Assembly (NCBI RefSeq): GCF_000150275.1
Contig: NW_002060963.1
Location: 777,262-841,261, forward strand
DNA length: 64,000 nucleotides
Source: Trichoplax adhaerens
Taxonomy: Eukaryota > Animalia > Placozoa
Direction of reading: 5' to 3'
A program made the translations under genes and the position numbers. The notes under the pieces are model-generated. The model searched no databases. It was given only the letters and a program-made list of their open reading frames with translations, and was not told the origin of the DNA. How positions within the stretch are numbered: position 1 is the stretch's first letter; each line of letters opens with the position of its first letter. Below, one piece after another: positions 40,431 through 53,237 of the stretch.

Positions 40431-41085
40431 ACTAACAGGATTAGCTAGAATTTCTCGTATATAATATAAAAAGTATAAGAAGAACGAGAAAGTGGCCATA
40501 ATGCATAATGCTATTAATATTTTAAATTCGTTTAGCTGTTATTGTTCTCTATAATGAAGACTTTTATTCATTCTTTCACTCTTTTAATTTCTAACTTTAC
40601 TCTCTTTTAGATATTGCAGTGATCTGAGGATTACAATCAAATAATCAGTACTGATCAACAGCTATACCATTATTTTATCTTCGAAAGGGTAGTTATCCAT
40701 TATCCGTTATGCTGATGTACCGATCATCGGTAAATAAATTGCTGCATCTATTAAGGGAGCAGTAGCTAAAATTAATATCTAATTCAGTAAATGATTCCAA
40801 GGTTAATCGTACTAACTATGACTCATGAACTATTGAGGAAAGAGTATATAAATGCAGTATATCGTGTAATAAAGAGGATTGTTAAACTTAGTGTCAAGGT
40901 AAAATACGAGGCTTCTAAGTCTTTGTGTAGTCTGTTAGTAGAGCAAAAGTGTTTGTGATAGTCCAGATATCGTTTCTTGATACGTGGTTCAAGGAATTGA
41001 CTTATTGATCGTATATTGCGTTATCTTGTTGCAAAGCTGTTTTGTGACACTTTGAAAAATATTTCTTCAACTCTTTCTACACACT

Positions 41086-41840
41086 ATGGCTACAAATCTC
41101 ATGTCGAACAGTACACTGAATCTAACAATTATTGATTATAGCCTTCTAGCTACTTATGCTTATATTGTATCTATTCCTGTATTTTTTATCGGTATTCTAG
41201 CCAATTTCTTTTTGCTTTATTTGATCTCTAGCGATAGTCAATTCAATTATATAACTTATAAGCTTATTCGTATCGCTGTTATTTCTGATCTTGTTTCATT
41301 GCATGCTTCTTTTACCGTATTCATTATAATTACATTGTTAAAAACGATAAATTATTATATTGCTACAGTAATGTGTCAAATAACTATTGTTATTACTTAT
41401 TCCTGTTACGGAGTATCGATGACAACATTATGTATGATTAGCGTTGATCGATATTTCGCAATCGTTAGACCGTTTTCGTCTCTATAACGTAAACATTAAA
41501 AGCGAATCGTGCATTTTGGTCAAGCGATAGGTTGTGTAATTGCTTTCAGTATCTCAGGACCAGATGTAATATTGATAACAATAATGAGTATTATATACTT
41601 CCGGTATGGCCATATTTTGCAAATATATTAGGTATGGCGATAACGCTTAGATCGATAAGAGATGTAGGAAAACTATAATTATACCATAGTATTCGGTCGT
41701 TGGAACTGAATTATTTGGTGATATAGCTAAGCTCGCCTCTTTAAGTTAGTAAGTGGCGTTCTCCGCAAGGATTGGCGTGTGTAGACTACTTTGTCACTAG
41801 TGGTGTGTGACACGACCATTCATCGTAGAATGCATAAAAA
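41086..41840 (+). pseudogene. GPCR pseudogene (type A; copy of 48300 gene)
   Basis: Protein identical to the 48300 gene for 133 aa, then TAT->TAA at 41485, a second stop, an internal deletion of ~230 bp near 41571, and an LTR fragment replacing TM7. Confidence 0.9.
41673..41812 (+). mobile_element. 3' fragment of the LTR family at 34750-35139
   Basis: Near-identical reverse complement of 34750-34889, ends GTGACA, embedded in the GPCR pseudogene. Confidence 0.85.
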
Positions 41841-42605
41841 AATTGTTACGAGTATAGCATGTCTTCCTAATTGCTTATTATGTTAAGCAAAGTAGGATTG
41901 TTACCGGTACTCTTTCTGAATTTTACATAATATTCTGGCCAGAGATGTCAATAATTTAAAAATAAACCATTTGCAATATAATAAGTGGTTAACTTTATTT
42001 AAATTACTTCTTTTTGCGCTAATGTTAATAATATTGTCAAATATTGTTTATACACAGTGTTGAAGATAGTGGATAGGATAGGTTAAAATTCTAGATATAG
42101 GCATATCGTTGATCGGTGATAAAGCAATTATATTCTGCGTAACAATTCTAAATATTAACGTATATCAATACTAGCAAGATTTTTAATTTGTTTTTCTTCT
42201 CATATATTCATGAATATATTAAGAGTATCATGCTCCAAAAATTACAAGACACTCGTACACAAAGTAATAGATTTCGTAGTGCAAAGTTGTTATAAAATGC
42301 TAAAGGTATTTGTAAGTGCTATTCGTGCTAACATTCTGCAATATTCAGATAGAATGACAAATTAACCAGTTGTGAAACATCTATTAAATTTTCTTTTGTT
42401 ACCATTTCATTACATGCAAATGAATTATGCTAATCAAACGTTAAGCAATAGCTACGATTGAAATACTTTTGTGCTTTAAAAAAAATAGAAAAACCTAATA
42501 ACTTTAGTTAGTAATGATGTGTAAATGTCTATAAATTCCAATCGAATCAATTTTAGGAATTATTGCAATTACTGCCTTTAACCCTTAAGAAAATTCATAT
42601 ATCAG

Positions 42606-43153
42606 TGTAATGTAACTTAGTATTGTGATTGTAGACTGTTAGCCATGTGTAGTATAATGTACGGTAGATATTTATCCTAAGAGATATTTGGTAGGTGTAA
42701 CTATAGACTGTAGTGGTAGAGACTATGCTAGAGTACAGATGACTATATACAGTAAGCTGTTGAGTTACTAATAAGGTTATAGGTAAAAATAGAACTGTAA
42801 ATCATATATTAGGATATGGTTAATTCATTGCACTTTGGCTGGTGTGAATAATGTCTACGTAAGTACTGTAGTCGTATCCATATTGGATTAATGATGGTCC
42901 GCAGTAGAATAGTCTTACTAAGAATAATTTAACTATGTGTAAAATAAGGTAAAAGGTTGCCATGCGGATTGTAGCTGCGAATGCTACGGAAAATATAAAA
43001 GCATGTAACTTTAGATTATTCTGTTAGTTCGTTGTAGAAGTCTTTAGAAGTAGTATTCGGCTAGAGTAGAGCTGTGTAGTTAATCTTTGTATAAGATTCA
43101 ATAAAGCCCTTATTTTTCTAAAATTTGGAATTTCGTGATTGGTATATATCACA
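42606..43153 (+). mobile_element. Solo LTR, 548 bp
   Basis: TGTAAT...ATCACA ends, perfect TSD ATCAG (42601-42605 and 43154-43158), TATAAAA ~42994, AATAAA ~43100. Confidence 0.85.
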
Positions 43154-44135
43154 ATCAGGTACAAAAAGTCGTTAGAAAACAATCTATGTGCATTTTAAGA
43201 GCTAGATTTAAGGCCATAAGTAGTTCTATCGGGCTTGACAGAATGCAATATTCTTAATCAATTAATAACAAAATCATTTAAAAAGTTTAATGTAGCTATA
43301 GACTACGGTACCATACTAAACGCAACTCCTATCTGGTATGTCTAATAGTCCACGATAATAGAGTGTTAAAGAACTAATTACCTCACGTAAATTTTTAAGA
43401 GCTAGTCCTGTGATCGTAACTAGCTCTTTGAGGTTCGATAATAGGCTATGCACTGCCGCTTACCATCAAGTTATCTTCCGTCTACAGAAAATCTACAAGC
43501 ATAATCGTATTTCCATCTAAAACAGAGGCTATCAGGAAATGATAAAGATATGAATAGGCACAGCATAGAAATGCGTAGACATTAAATTATAGTTGATATC
43601 ATCATTGTTTTATATCATTAAGAAGAATCTGAGATATTCGTTTAGGCGTTTTGTGCGTCACCAAGGTAACATTTTCAATTTTTATCGCACTAAAGTTATG
43701 ATACTATCTAGAAAGAAATTTTTCTTATAAATACGCATAAAAATAGTAATACGGCTCTTATTCAGTATTGGTATCTTAATTATAGTCCTTAATCACAACG
43801 ATACCTGAAAATTGAGAGCAAAGAGATTAATTAAAAATAAGTAATAACTTTCCTTGCATGAAACTACAGCATTACATAAATTTAAATATTAATTTCGCTA
43901 CATATTATAGCTACACTTTGTAGCTACACTTTCCTCTATATTATATGCGAGACAATGTAGCTAATCGTATTGTAAGATTGTCATCTACTTTATGTAAATA
44001 AGGAATCTGATTGGCATAATATTTATTAGAAGATGCAAAGCTGTCACGCTTCACTACTTCTCTCACATTGGATCTCATCGGCACTAATCATCCTATATTT
44101 TGAAATTATTGCTATAAATCTCTTTCAATACTCCA

Positions 44136-45098
44136 ATGGCTACCAATCTAGCGTTTAATGGTTCATTAAATCAAACAGTTATTGATTACAATCTTCTAAC
44201 TATCTATGCATATGCTGTAGCTGTTCCTATATCCTTTATCGGTATTCTAGCCAATTTCTTCTTACTTTATTTGATTTCCAGTGATAACCATTTCAATCAT
44301 ATAACCTATAAACTTATTCGTATCGCCGTTATTTCGGATCTTACTTCATTACATTTTACCCTTATCGTACTTACTACGTTGTTATTAATAGAAACCGTCG
44401 ATTATCAGATTGCTAACATACTATGCCAAAATACGGTGGTCATTACTTTTTGCTGCTATGGAATATCGATGACAACATTATGTATGATTAGCGTCGATCG
44501 ATATTTTACTGTTGTAAGACCATTTTCATTGCTTTATCGTAAACACAAAAAGCGAATTATTTATCTTGGTCAAGCTATAGGCTGCTTAATTTCTCTCAGT
44601 GTCTCAATACCGTGTGCACTATTTCTCGGCGTTTATCCAGATGAGATAAGGGTTTGTGATTTTCCTAATGTGAATCTTCCTGTATCAATCTATTTTCATT
44701 TCTTAACCCTATTCTTGTTTATTATACCATTATCGATCATTATCATAAATTACTCTAGAGTTATTCTTTGTCGAGTAAATTATGTTCGACCTGGACAGCA
44801 AACTGACGGTCATAGTGATGATAGAATGAGAAGGAATAAATTTACTCGCGTACTCGTAACGATAACGAGTATTTATATACTCTCGACATGGCCTTTTTTT
44901 GCCAATCTTATTGGTATGTCTGTCACGCTAAGTTCAGCCAGAGAAATAAGAAAACTGGGAGCTGGAATTTATTTAATGTCATTGGCATCATTTTTTTCTA
45001 CTTTTGCAGTTAATGTCATTAGTCCGTTTATCTATTTTAAATTTGATCATAATATTAACAAGAAATTTTTTTCCACGATTCGACTTATTTTTAAATAA
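44136..45098 (+). CDS. Intronless class A GPCR (type B), 320 aa
   Basis: 7TM ORF with GILAN, ISD, VDRY, TWP and SPFIY. Confidence 0.93.
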   Translation: MATNLAFNGSLNQTVIDYNLLTIYAYAVAVPISFIGILANFFLLYLISSDNHFNHITYKLIRIAVISDLTSLHFTLIVLTTLLLIETVDYQIANILCQNTVVITFCCYGISMTTLCMISVDRYFTVVRPFSLLYRKHKKRIIYLGQAIGCLISLSVSIPCALFLGVYPDEIRVCDFPNVNLPVSIYFHFLTLFLFIIPLSIIIINYSRVILCRVNYVRPGQQTDGHSDDRMRRNKFTRVLVTITSIYILSTWPFFANLIGMSVTLSSAREIRKLGAGIYLMSLASFFSTFAVNVISPFIYFKFDHNINKKFFSTIRLIFK

Positions 45099-45412
45099 GA
45101 AAATGATCATTGTTATTAGACTATTATGGTAGCTATTTACTAGACAGCTTATTGTTCATTTTGTTAACTAAGGTAGAATTGTCTCTTTAAATTTACATCA
45201 TATTTTAATTAAGGTTATCAATAATTATAATTTAAATGCAATTTTTTATGCTAAATGATTGATTGCATTTAAACTATTTCTATATATTTATGTCGATATT
45301 TCCTTAAGAAGATTCAAGCAGTCTAGCTGCGCTACTCCACTCATATCGAATCCTATCGGCATTGATTACTGTACACTTTGAAGTTATTGTCTTTGTCTCT
45401 TCCAATACTCCC

Positions 45413-46382
45413 ATGGATACCAATCCAGCATTTAATAGTTCATTAAATCAATCAATTATTGATTACAATCTTCTCACTATCTATAAGTATACTACAGTTA
45501 TTTCTGAATCGCATCGGTATTCTACCTAATTTCTTCTTGCTTCATATAATTTCCAGTGATAACTATTTCAATCATATAACCTATAAATTTATTCTTATCA
45601 CCGTTATTTCGGATCCTACAGTACTTTATTGCATTTTTCTTATAATGTATTCACCACGATGTCGTTATTAGAAATCGTCGATTATCACATTACCAACGTA
45701 GTATGGCAAAGGGTGGTATTCATTACATATTACGCTATGGAGTATCAATGACAACATCATGCATAACTGTCATCGATCGATATTTTTGCTATTGTTAGCC
45801 TTTTTCGTATCTATATCGCAAACATAAAAGCAAATCAGCTATCCTGATTAAGCGATTGGTTGTGTCATTTCTCTCACTATCTCAGGGCCATAAGTTCTAT
45901 TTCTTGATATTTATCAAGATAAGATAAAATTTTTGCCGTGTGCCAAATAGGAATATTTGTATCAATCTATAATCAATTTGTAATCATATTCATATTTGTT
46001 GTATATACATATCGGCTATTGTTACTAATTATGTTCGAATTATTCGTTATCAAGTAAGATATTTTAGACCTGGGCAGCTAACTGAAGGCCGTAATGATGA
46101 TAGATTGAAAAATATAAATTTACTTATTCCCTCACAACCACAACGAGCATTTACGTACTCTCAATACGCCCATTTCTTGCTAGTACCGTAGGTATGTCCG
46201 TAACACTTAAGTCACTAAGAGAAATTAGATAACTTAATACTGTATAAGATTTTATTTAGTGCCTGTGGCTCCATTTTCTACATTTTCTGTTGATGTCACA
46301 AGCCAATTTGTCTTTTTAAATTTAATCACAATATTAACAGTAAACTATTATCGATAATTTGGTGTATTTACATAAAACATAA
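45413..46382 (+). pseudogene. GPCR pseudogene (type C)
   Basis: Full-length nucleotide similarity to neighbours (atggataccaatccagcatttaat..., catcgatcgatattt, agacctgggcagcta) with multiple frameshifts and stops. Confidence 0.88.
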
Positions 46383-46842
46383 CTACTGTTGTAATCTGTC
46401 TTCATAGCTGTTTATCTTGCCAAGATACTTAAAATTGTTAATCTAATTAAATTTGATCACAATTTTGACCTAGCCGTAGTTGTCAATAAGTTGAATAAAT
46501 CAAACAAAATAAATGATTTATTTTACTTGGAATACTTCCGCTGTATGCTATCAAAGGATATTAGTATAGATATTTTCTAAGTACTAAATATATGTGCATA
46601 CGCCTTTATTTATCAAAGTAAGCTAGTTTTAAAGATAGTTAATAGGTTGAAATACTATAAACTGGCTCGTTATGATCTGTAATTAAAAAATTTACATAGT
46701 AATTATATTTCCAATCCGTCAAACTGTTATTGAACATTTTTAATTTACCTTTCCCATATTTACAAACACAAAATAGTTAGCACACTTCAAAATTCAAGAT
46801 ACTTGAAATCAAAGTGAGAAATCACTAATACTTCAAGGCATA

Positions 46843-47392
46843 TGTTACGGTGTTGCCTTGTCATTAGGATAGCTTAATAAGTAAAGTAGTAGCTAGTATG
46901 GAGAATATCCATATTTGTAGTGCTAGGTAAGATAAGTAATGCCTTAACGCGGATGTTGTTTGTAATAGTTCATTACATATTTGATATTGATTGTTATTGT
47001 GTGATAGATAGCAGTAGGATGATTCAAGTTCTAGTTGATGATAGTTGAATTAGACAACCTACGAGCTTAGATTAAGATTAAGTATGAGTAAGAGATTCGA
47101 AATATTTACTGATAGAAAAGCTATGTAAGGAGCATCTTAGTTCGAGATGATTCTCCTAGAAAGGTATAATAATAATACTGTTGTTGTTTACAAATTAGAC
47201 GGTTCCTATATAAACGGGAACATTTGAGTTGAGTGGGTGGTAAAAAGTTGTAGATGTATCTTTGCTAATAAAAGTTTCATCTTTACGGTCTTTTGCTGTG
47301 TGTGTTTAACGTTAGGTAAAAGGGCCTTTAAGTCAGTAGCTACTTATAGACTTTTACTGTACGTTACTTGTCGCAGAAGTGAAATTGTGACA
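46843..47392 (+). mobile_element. Solo LTR, 550 bp
   Basis: TGTTAC...GTGACA ends, perfect TSD GCATA (46838-46842 and 47393-47397), TATATAAA ~47207, AATAAA ~47267; absent from the paralogous site at ~52405. Confidence 0.88.
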
Positions 47393-48299
47393 GCATACTA
47401 TATAATGCATTGTAGCGTTAGAAAATGAATGCACTGTACTTTTAAATGCTACCTCAGCAGTCTTAACTAACTGTATTAGGGTCGAATATCGTACACTAGA
47501 GTTTCTATCTAATTTATTACAAGCCTACAATATTAATTATAGATTGTAGCACATTTGTCAATCATTTCCCATTCTATAGAAGATCTAAGTACAATAATTT
47601 AACCTACCTCTACCTATTCTACAATCAATATAGCTAGAGATCCTAACCAGAGATTAGTTAAAGTGCATTGCATCCGTTTGAAAACTTTAATGCAAGGTAT
47701 TGACATAAATGTACTGTACAGGTAAATTATTCGAGTTTCATTCACGAACTTATTTTATAGTAGTTACGCATAGTACGTTGCACTATACAATTTAAGTACT
47801 AGTTATTAAAGTCTTCTACATACTTGAAAGTATAAATTGATGATAAAAATTTAGTTTATAACAATATTTTAAATCGAAAATAAATATAAATGATCTTAAG
47901 TCTAAAAATTACTCCTGATATTTTAAAAATAATCGTTATATCACTGAAGATATCTAAAAGTAAGAGAAATTACACTCTGAAACAACGAGAAATATTCCTT
48001 ATATCTGTACAACACACATTTACTGGAAAGATTGAAAATACTAATAGCATTACTAACGCTACTCTTTCGTTCTATTGATATTGTCTTTCTGTATTTATAG
48101 GAAAAAATATAGCTAATCCTGTTAATTGCAAATTGGTTACCGTATTTCATATTATAACTACCAAATCTTAACAGCATAAAAATAAATTAATTATAAAAGT
48201 AAGAAAATTGTTTTCTCGGCGTCTCTTATTTTATCGTATATCGAATCGCACAAATAACCTTTACTTTGAAAAATATTTCTTCAACTCTTTCTACACACT

Positions 48300-49268
48300 A
48301 TGGCTACAAATCTCATGTCGAACAGTACACTGAATCTAACAATTATTGATTATAGCCTTCTAGCTACTTATGCTTATATTGTATCTATTCCTGTATTTTT
48401 TATCGGTATTCTAGCCAATTTCTTTTTGCTTTATTTGATCTCTAGCGATAGTCAATTCAATTATATAACTTATAAGCTTATTCGTATCGCTGTTATTTCT
48501 GATCTTGTTTCATTGCATGCTTCTTTTACCGTATTCATTATAATTACATTGTTAAAAACGATAAATTATTATATTGCTACAGTAATGTGTCAAATAACTA
48601 TTGTTATTACTTATTCCTGTTACGGAGTATCGATGACAACATTATGTATGATTAGCGTCGATCGATATTTCGCTATCGTTAGACCATTTTCGTCTCTATA
48701 TCGTAAACATAAAAAGCGAATCGTGTATTTTGGTCAAGCGATAGGTTGTGTAATTGCTTTCAGTATCTCAGGACCAGGTGTAATATTTCTTGGAGTTTAT
48801 CCAGATGAGATAAAAATTTGCGATGTGCCAAGTATGAATATCTCTGTATCAATTTATTTTCTAATTGTAACTTTGTTCTTATTTATTATACCGTTATCGA
48901 TTATTGTTACTAACTATGCTCGCATTATTCGTTATCGAGTAAATAGAGTTCGTCCTGGGCGATTAGCTGAAGGTCGTAATGATGATAGATTGAAAACGCA
49001 TAAATTTATTCGCGTACTAATAACAATAACGAGTATTTATATACTATCGACATGGCCATATTTTGCATGTATCACAGGTATGGCGGTAACGCTTAGATCA
49101 ATAAGAGATGTAGGAAAACTGGGTGTAGGATTTTATATAATAGGTGTAGGTTCATTTTTATCTACATTTGCGATTAATATTATAAGTCCATTTGTCTATT
49201 TTAAATTCGATTACAATATTAAGAGGAAACTATTAACGACTATTCGACGTATAATACATAAAAAATAA
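48300..49268 (+). CDS. Intronless class A GPCR (type A), 322 aa
   Basis: 7TM ORF with GILAN, ISD, VDRY, TWPY and SPFVY. Confidence 0.93.
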   Translation: MATNLMSNSTLNLTIIDYSLLATYAYIVSIPVFFIGILANFFLLYLISSDSQFNYITYKLIRIAVISDLVSLHASFTVFIIITLLKTINYYIATVMCQITIVITYSCYGVSMTTLCMISVDRYFAIVRPFSSLYRKHKKRIVYFGQAIGCVIAFSISGPGVIFLGVYPDEIKICDVPSMNISVSIYFLIVTLFLFIIPLSIIVTNYARIIRYRVNRVRPGRLAEGRNDDRLKTHKFIRVLITITSIYILSTWPYFACITGMAVTLRSIRDVGKLGVGFYIIGVGSFLSTFAINIISPFVYFKFDYNIKRKLLTTIRRIIHKK

Positions 49269-49750
49269 TTGCTATGAGTACAGAATATCTTTCTAGCTGC
49301 ATATCATATCGGCTTTAGCAGAATTTTTACCCGTGCTGTTTTTAAATCTTACATAAAGTAGACAGAGTTGCTCATAATTTAAAATTAAACTATCTTCAGT
49401 ATAACAAACGGTCAATTTTATTTATTTAAATTATTTCTATTGTACTAATATTGTCAAATGGTATTTATACAGATACTCTCTTAATTGGTGATAGAGCAGT
49501 TATCTTCTACGTAATAATTCCAATATTAATATATATCAACTCTAATAAAATCTTCAATTTGCCTTTTCGTGAGTTCATAAATGTAATAATATTAGCATGC
49601 TTTAAAACTAAAAAGACATTTGGACAGAAGGCAGTAAATTATTAAGAGCAAAGTTGTTATAAACAGTTAATGGCATTTAGTAGTACTATTTGTGCAACAT
49701 TCTGTAATAAATCCGTAGAATGACGATTAACCAGTTTTTGAAAAATCTAC

Positions 49751-50483
49751 TGTGCAATGAAATGAAATGTGTAGAAACTAAGCTACAAAACTTCTAACAT
49801 ACTTTGATTCTACTTTCTTTGCAATCTGGTCGACTTAATAAAACTTTAACACCAAATAAAGTTGGGAAACAACCGATCAACAATTTAGGAAGAAAACGCG
49901 AGAGCGTCTGATCAAACAACCTTCCAAATACTTAATTCTAAGTATTATAAGTAAAGAAATATAAAAAACGACAGAACTGAAACTGTCAACAACCAAAAAA
50001 CCTAATAAAAAGGAGAGCATTTCCACTTACAACAGTTCCACCCCGAAGGCCTTTAAAATTCAACAAGTTCTTCAAAAGAATCTCTTATTACTCTCTACTC
50101 TAAATTTTCTGATTGCACTATCATTTATAGACTTCGCAGAGCTCTCAATGGTATTTAAAAGTAAATGTTTATTAACCAATCATTCTTAAGATCCATTTTA
50201 GAAATCTACTTTGCACCACTTAATTTAAGAAAACAAGAATCATTCAAAGTTCAAACCCAATTTACCTTATGATTCCCTTACAAAACACTATAAACCATCA
50301 AACTAACTATAAAATACATCAAACTTTACTTCTAACATAATTTCTAATCTTTAAAAAATTATAAAAATCTAAAAATTAACCCTTAAACATCAAGATTTAG
50401 TCATAAAAATAACAGTCTTACTACTTAACAATCAATGCAACCTCTGCCATTTGCCATCTTATTTTCTATTTTCCTCACTAAAC
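49751..50483 (-). mobile_element. Truncated LTR-like insertion fused to a 5'-deleted GPCR
   Basis: Similarity to the paralogous flank (42360) stops at TGTGCA (49751); strong G depletion on + as in other minus-oriented LTRs here; minus-strand CTATAAAT ~50123-50130; joins GPCR sequence at 50484. Confidence 0.55.
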
Positions 50484-50912
50484 TTTCCTAATGTAATCTA
50501 TTTTCATTTCTTAACCCTATTCTTGTTTATTATACCATTATCGATTATCATTATAAATTACGCTAGAGTTATTCTTTGTCGAGTAAATTATGTTCGACCT
50601 GGACAGCAAACTGACGGTCATAGTGATGATAGATTTAGAAGGAATAAATTTACTCGCGTACTCGTAACGATAACGAGTATTTATATACTCTCGGCATGGC
50701 CATTTTTTGTCAATCTTATTGGTATGGCTATCACGTTTAAGTCAAGAAGAGAAATAAGAAAACTAGGAACAGGAATTTATTTAATGTCATTGGTATCGTT
50801 TTTTTCTACTTTTGTGGTTAATGCCATTAGTCCTTTTGTCTGCTTCAAATTTGATCATAATATTAACAAGAAATTTTTTTCCACTATTCGACTTATTTTA
50901 CATAAAAAATAG
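50484..50912 (+). pseudogene. 5'-truncated GPCR (type B; TM5-TM7 only), chimeric
   Basis: No TM1-TM4. The first part matches 44136 (FHFLTLFLF...GQQTDGHSDDR) and the last part matches 57291 (GMAITFKSRREIRKLGTG...ILHKK). Confidence 0.88.
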
Positions 50913-51123
50913 TTATTATTATTGGCCTGTTATGGTACTATTCATTTGGTTGACTAATTAACGACTTTAATTTTCCACCACTATCTATACACCTTGTATT
51001 TAGGTCGATGTTTTCTTAAGAAGATGTAGGTATTCTTGCTATGTCGCTCTTCTCATACAGGATCTCTTCGGCATTAACCATTCTGGATTTTGAAATTATT
51101 GCTCTATCTCTTCCATTACTCTC

Positions 51124-51953
51124 ATAGCTGCGAATCCGGTGTTCAATAGATCATCAAATCAAACACTTAGTGATTACAACCTTCCAAATAACTATCCATA
51201 TACTGAAGCCATTCTTATATCCTATATCGGTATTCTAGCCTATTTCTTCTTGCTTATTTAATTCCAGTCGTAACCATTTCAACCATATAATCTATAAATT
51301 TATTTGTATCGCCGTTATTTCGGATCTTACTGCATTCCATTTTTCTTATATCATGCTTGCCACGAGGTCGTTGCTAGAAATCTTCGATGATCATATTACT
51401 AAGGTGCTATGGCAAAACATAGTATTATTATATATCGCTGCTATGGAGTATCAATGACGACATTGTGCATAACTATGATTGATCAATATTTTGCTATTAA
51501 TAGTTAGACCATTTTCGTATCTATATAGCAAACATAATTAGTAAATCATCTACCTTAATCAAGTGATTGGCAGAGTCATTTCTCTCAATGTCTCAGAACC
51601 ATGTGTACTATTTCTTGGTTATTATATCGATATAAAAAATTTTTGCAATGTGCTCTATAGAAATATATCTCTGAGTCAATCTATAATCTGTCTGTAACCA
51701 TGTTCGAATTATTCGTTTTCAAGTTAGATATTTTAGACCTACGTAATTAGCTGAAGGTCGTAATGATGACGATATGTCTATAATACTTAAGTCATCAAGA
51801 GAAATAAGAAAAATTGATGTAGGATTTTAGAGTCAGTGGCTTCCTTTTTTCTACATTTTTGGTTAATAAAAGAAGTCAATTTATCTGTTTTTAATTTGAT
51901 CATAATATTAATATCAAATTGTTAACGACCATTCGGCGTATTTTACATAAAAC
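51124..51953 (+). pseudogene. GPCR pseudogene (type C)
   Basis: Start codon degenerate (ATA); frameshifts and deletions; shares flanks and diagnostic lesions with the 45413 pseudogene. Confidence 0.87.
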
Positions 51954-53068
51954 AAAGGTATTGTTATCATTCTGTCTTCTAGCTATTTATCTTGCTAAGA
52001 TACTAACAATTGTTAATCTAATCAAATTTGATTACAATTTTAGCCGGAGTAGTCAATAAGTAGAATTAAATCAGTTATAATGAATGATCTAATTTACTAT
52101 AATACTTCTACTATATATTATCAAAGGATTTCAGTATAGATATTTTGTAAGTACCTACTGTACGTGTATACGCCTTTAATTTATCAAAGTAACCTTACAT
52201 TGAAGATAGTTAGTTGGTTGAAATACTATATACTGGCTCATGACAATCAGTTATTAAAACATTTACTTCGTAATTTTATTTCAATCCATTAAACTCTTAT
52301 TGCACATTTGTAAATTATCTTTCCTATATTTACAAATGTAAAACAATTAGCACACTTTAAAATTTAAGACATTTGAAATCAAAGTGATAAATCGCTATCA
52401 CTTCAAGCAATATTATATGATACATTATAACATTACAAAATGATCTCATTGCACTTACGAAAGTTAGCTCCGAATTCTGAAATAACTGCATTGGGTTTAC
52501 GAATATAGTACACAAGAGATCTCTCTCTTATTTGTTACACGTCTGCACCATTACGGATTGGTTGTACACTTTCAATCATTTCTCATTCTATCGATGATCT
52601 ACTTACAGTAGTAATTCAAACTACCGATAACTATTCTACTATCAGCATAGCCAGACATTCTAACCAGAGGTTAATTAAAAGTATTTATATCTGTTTAAAT
52701 ATTTTAAGGTAAGGTATTGCCGTAATAGTACTTACTGTATGGTAAATTATCCTAATCTCATTCACGAACTTATTTTTGTAAGAGTTATAAACAATTTGTT
52801 GCTAAAGTTTGTGTAGTTGGCCGTATTTTCCATTCCCTCTTATTTACCATGTAATTTAAGTAGGGGTAATAGAAGTCTCCTACAATATATAAAGATATAA
52901 ATTGATGATGAAAATGTAGATTGTAACAATAATCTGAATTGAAAAGAAATACAAATGGTCACAAATCTAATAATTAATCACCAATGATGCTTTAAGGTTA
53001 ATCACTAGGATATCTAAAAGTAAGAGAAATTAGACTGTGAAAGATTGAAAAATATTCTTATATCGGTA

Positions 53069-53237
53069 TGTTACAAATCGAAATTAATATCGAGGAAAAA
53101 TTTGAACTGTTATAGAGCTACACACGATGAATCTACTGTTAGGTTTGCCCTCCCTATCATTAACCTAAGGTAAGACTTCAAGTACTAACGATAGGAGATC
53201 ATCAGGAGGAATAGTAACACAATACTGGTCTCTCTTA
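53069..53237 (-). mobile_element. LTR end fragment (20776 family)
   Basis: Begins TGTTACAAAT where similarity to paralog ~48010 breaks; matches the reverse complement of 21025-21170. Confidence 0.55.

Noticed and set aside
41712-41740. tRNA-like 5' sequence ggtgatatagctaagct
   Set aside because: Lies inside the LTR family defined by the TSD-flanked copy at 34750-35139; no B-box.
50451-50912. 153-aa ORF as an intact gene
   Set aside because: Starts at TTG within the insertion and encodes only TM5-TM7.
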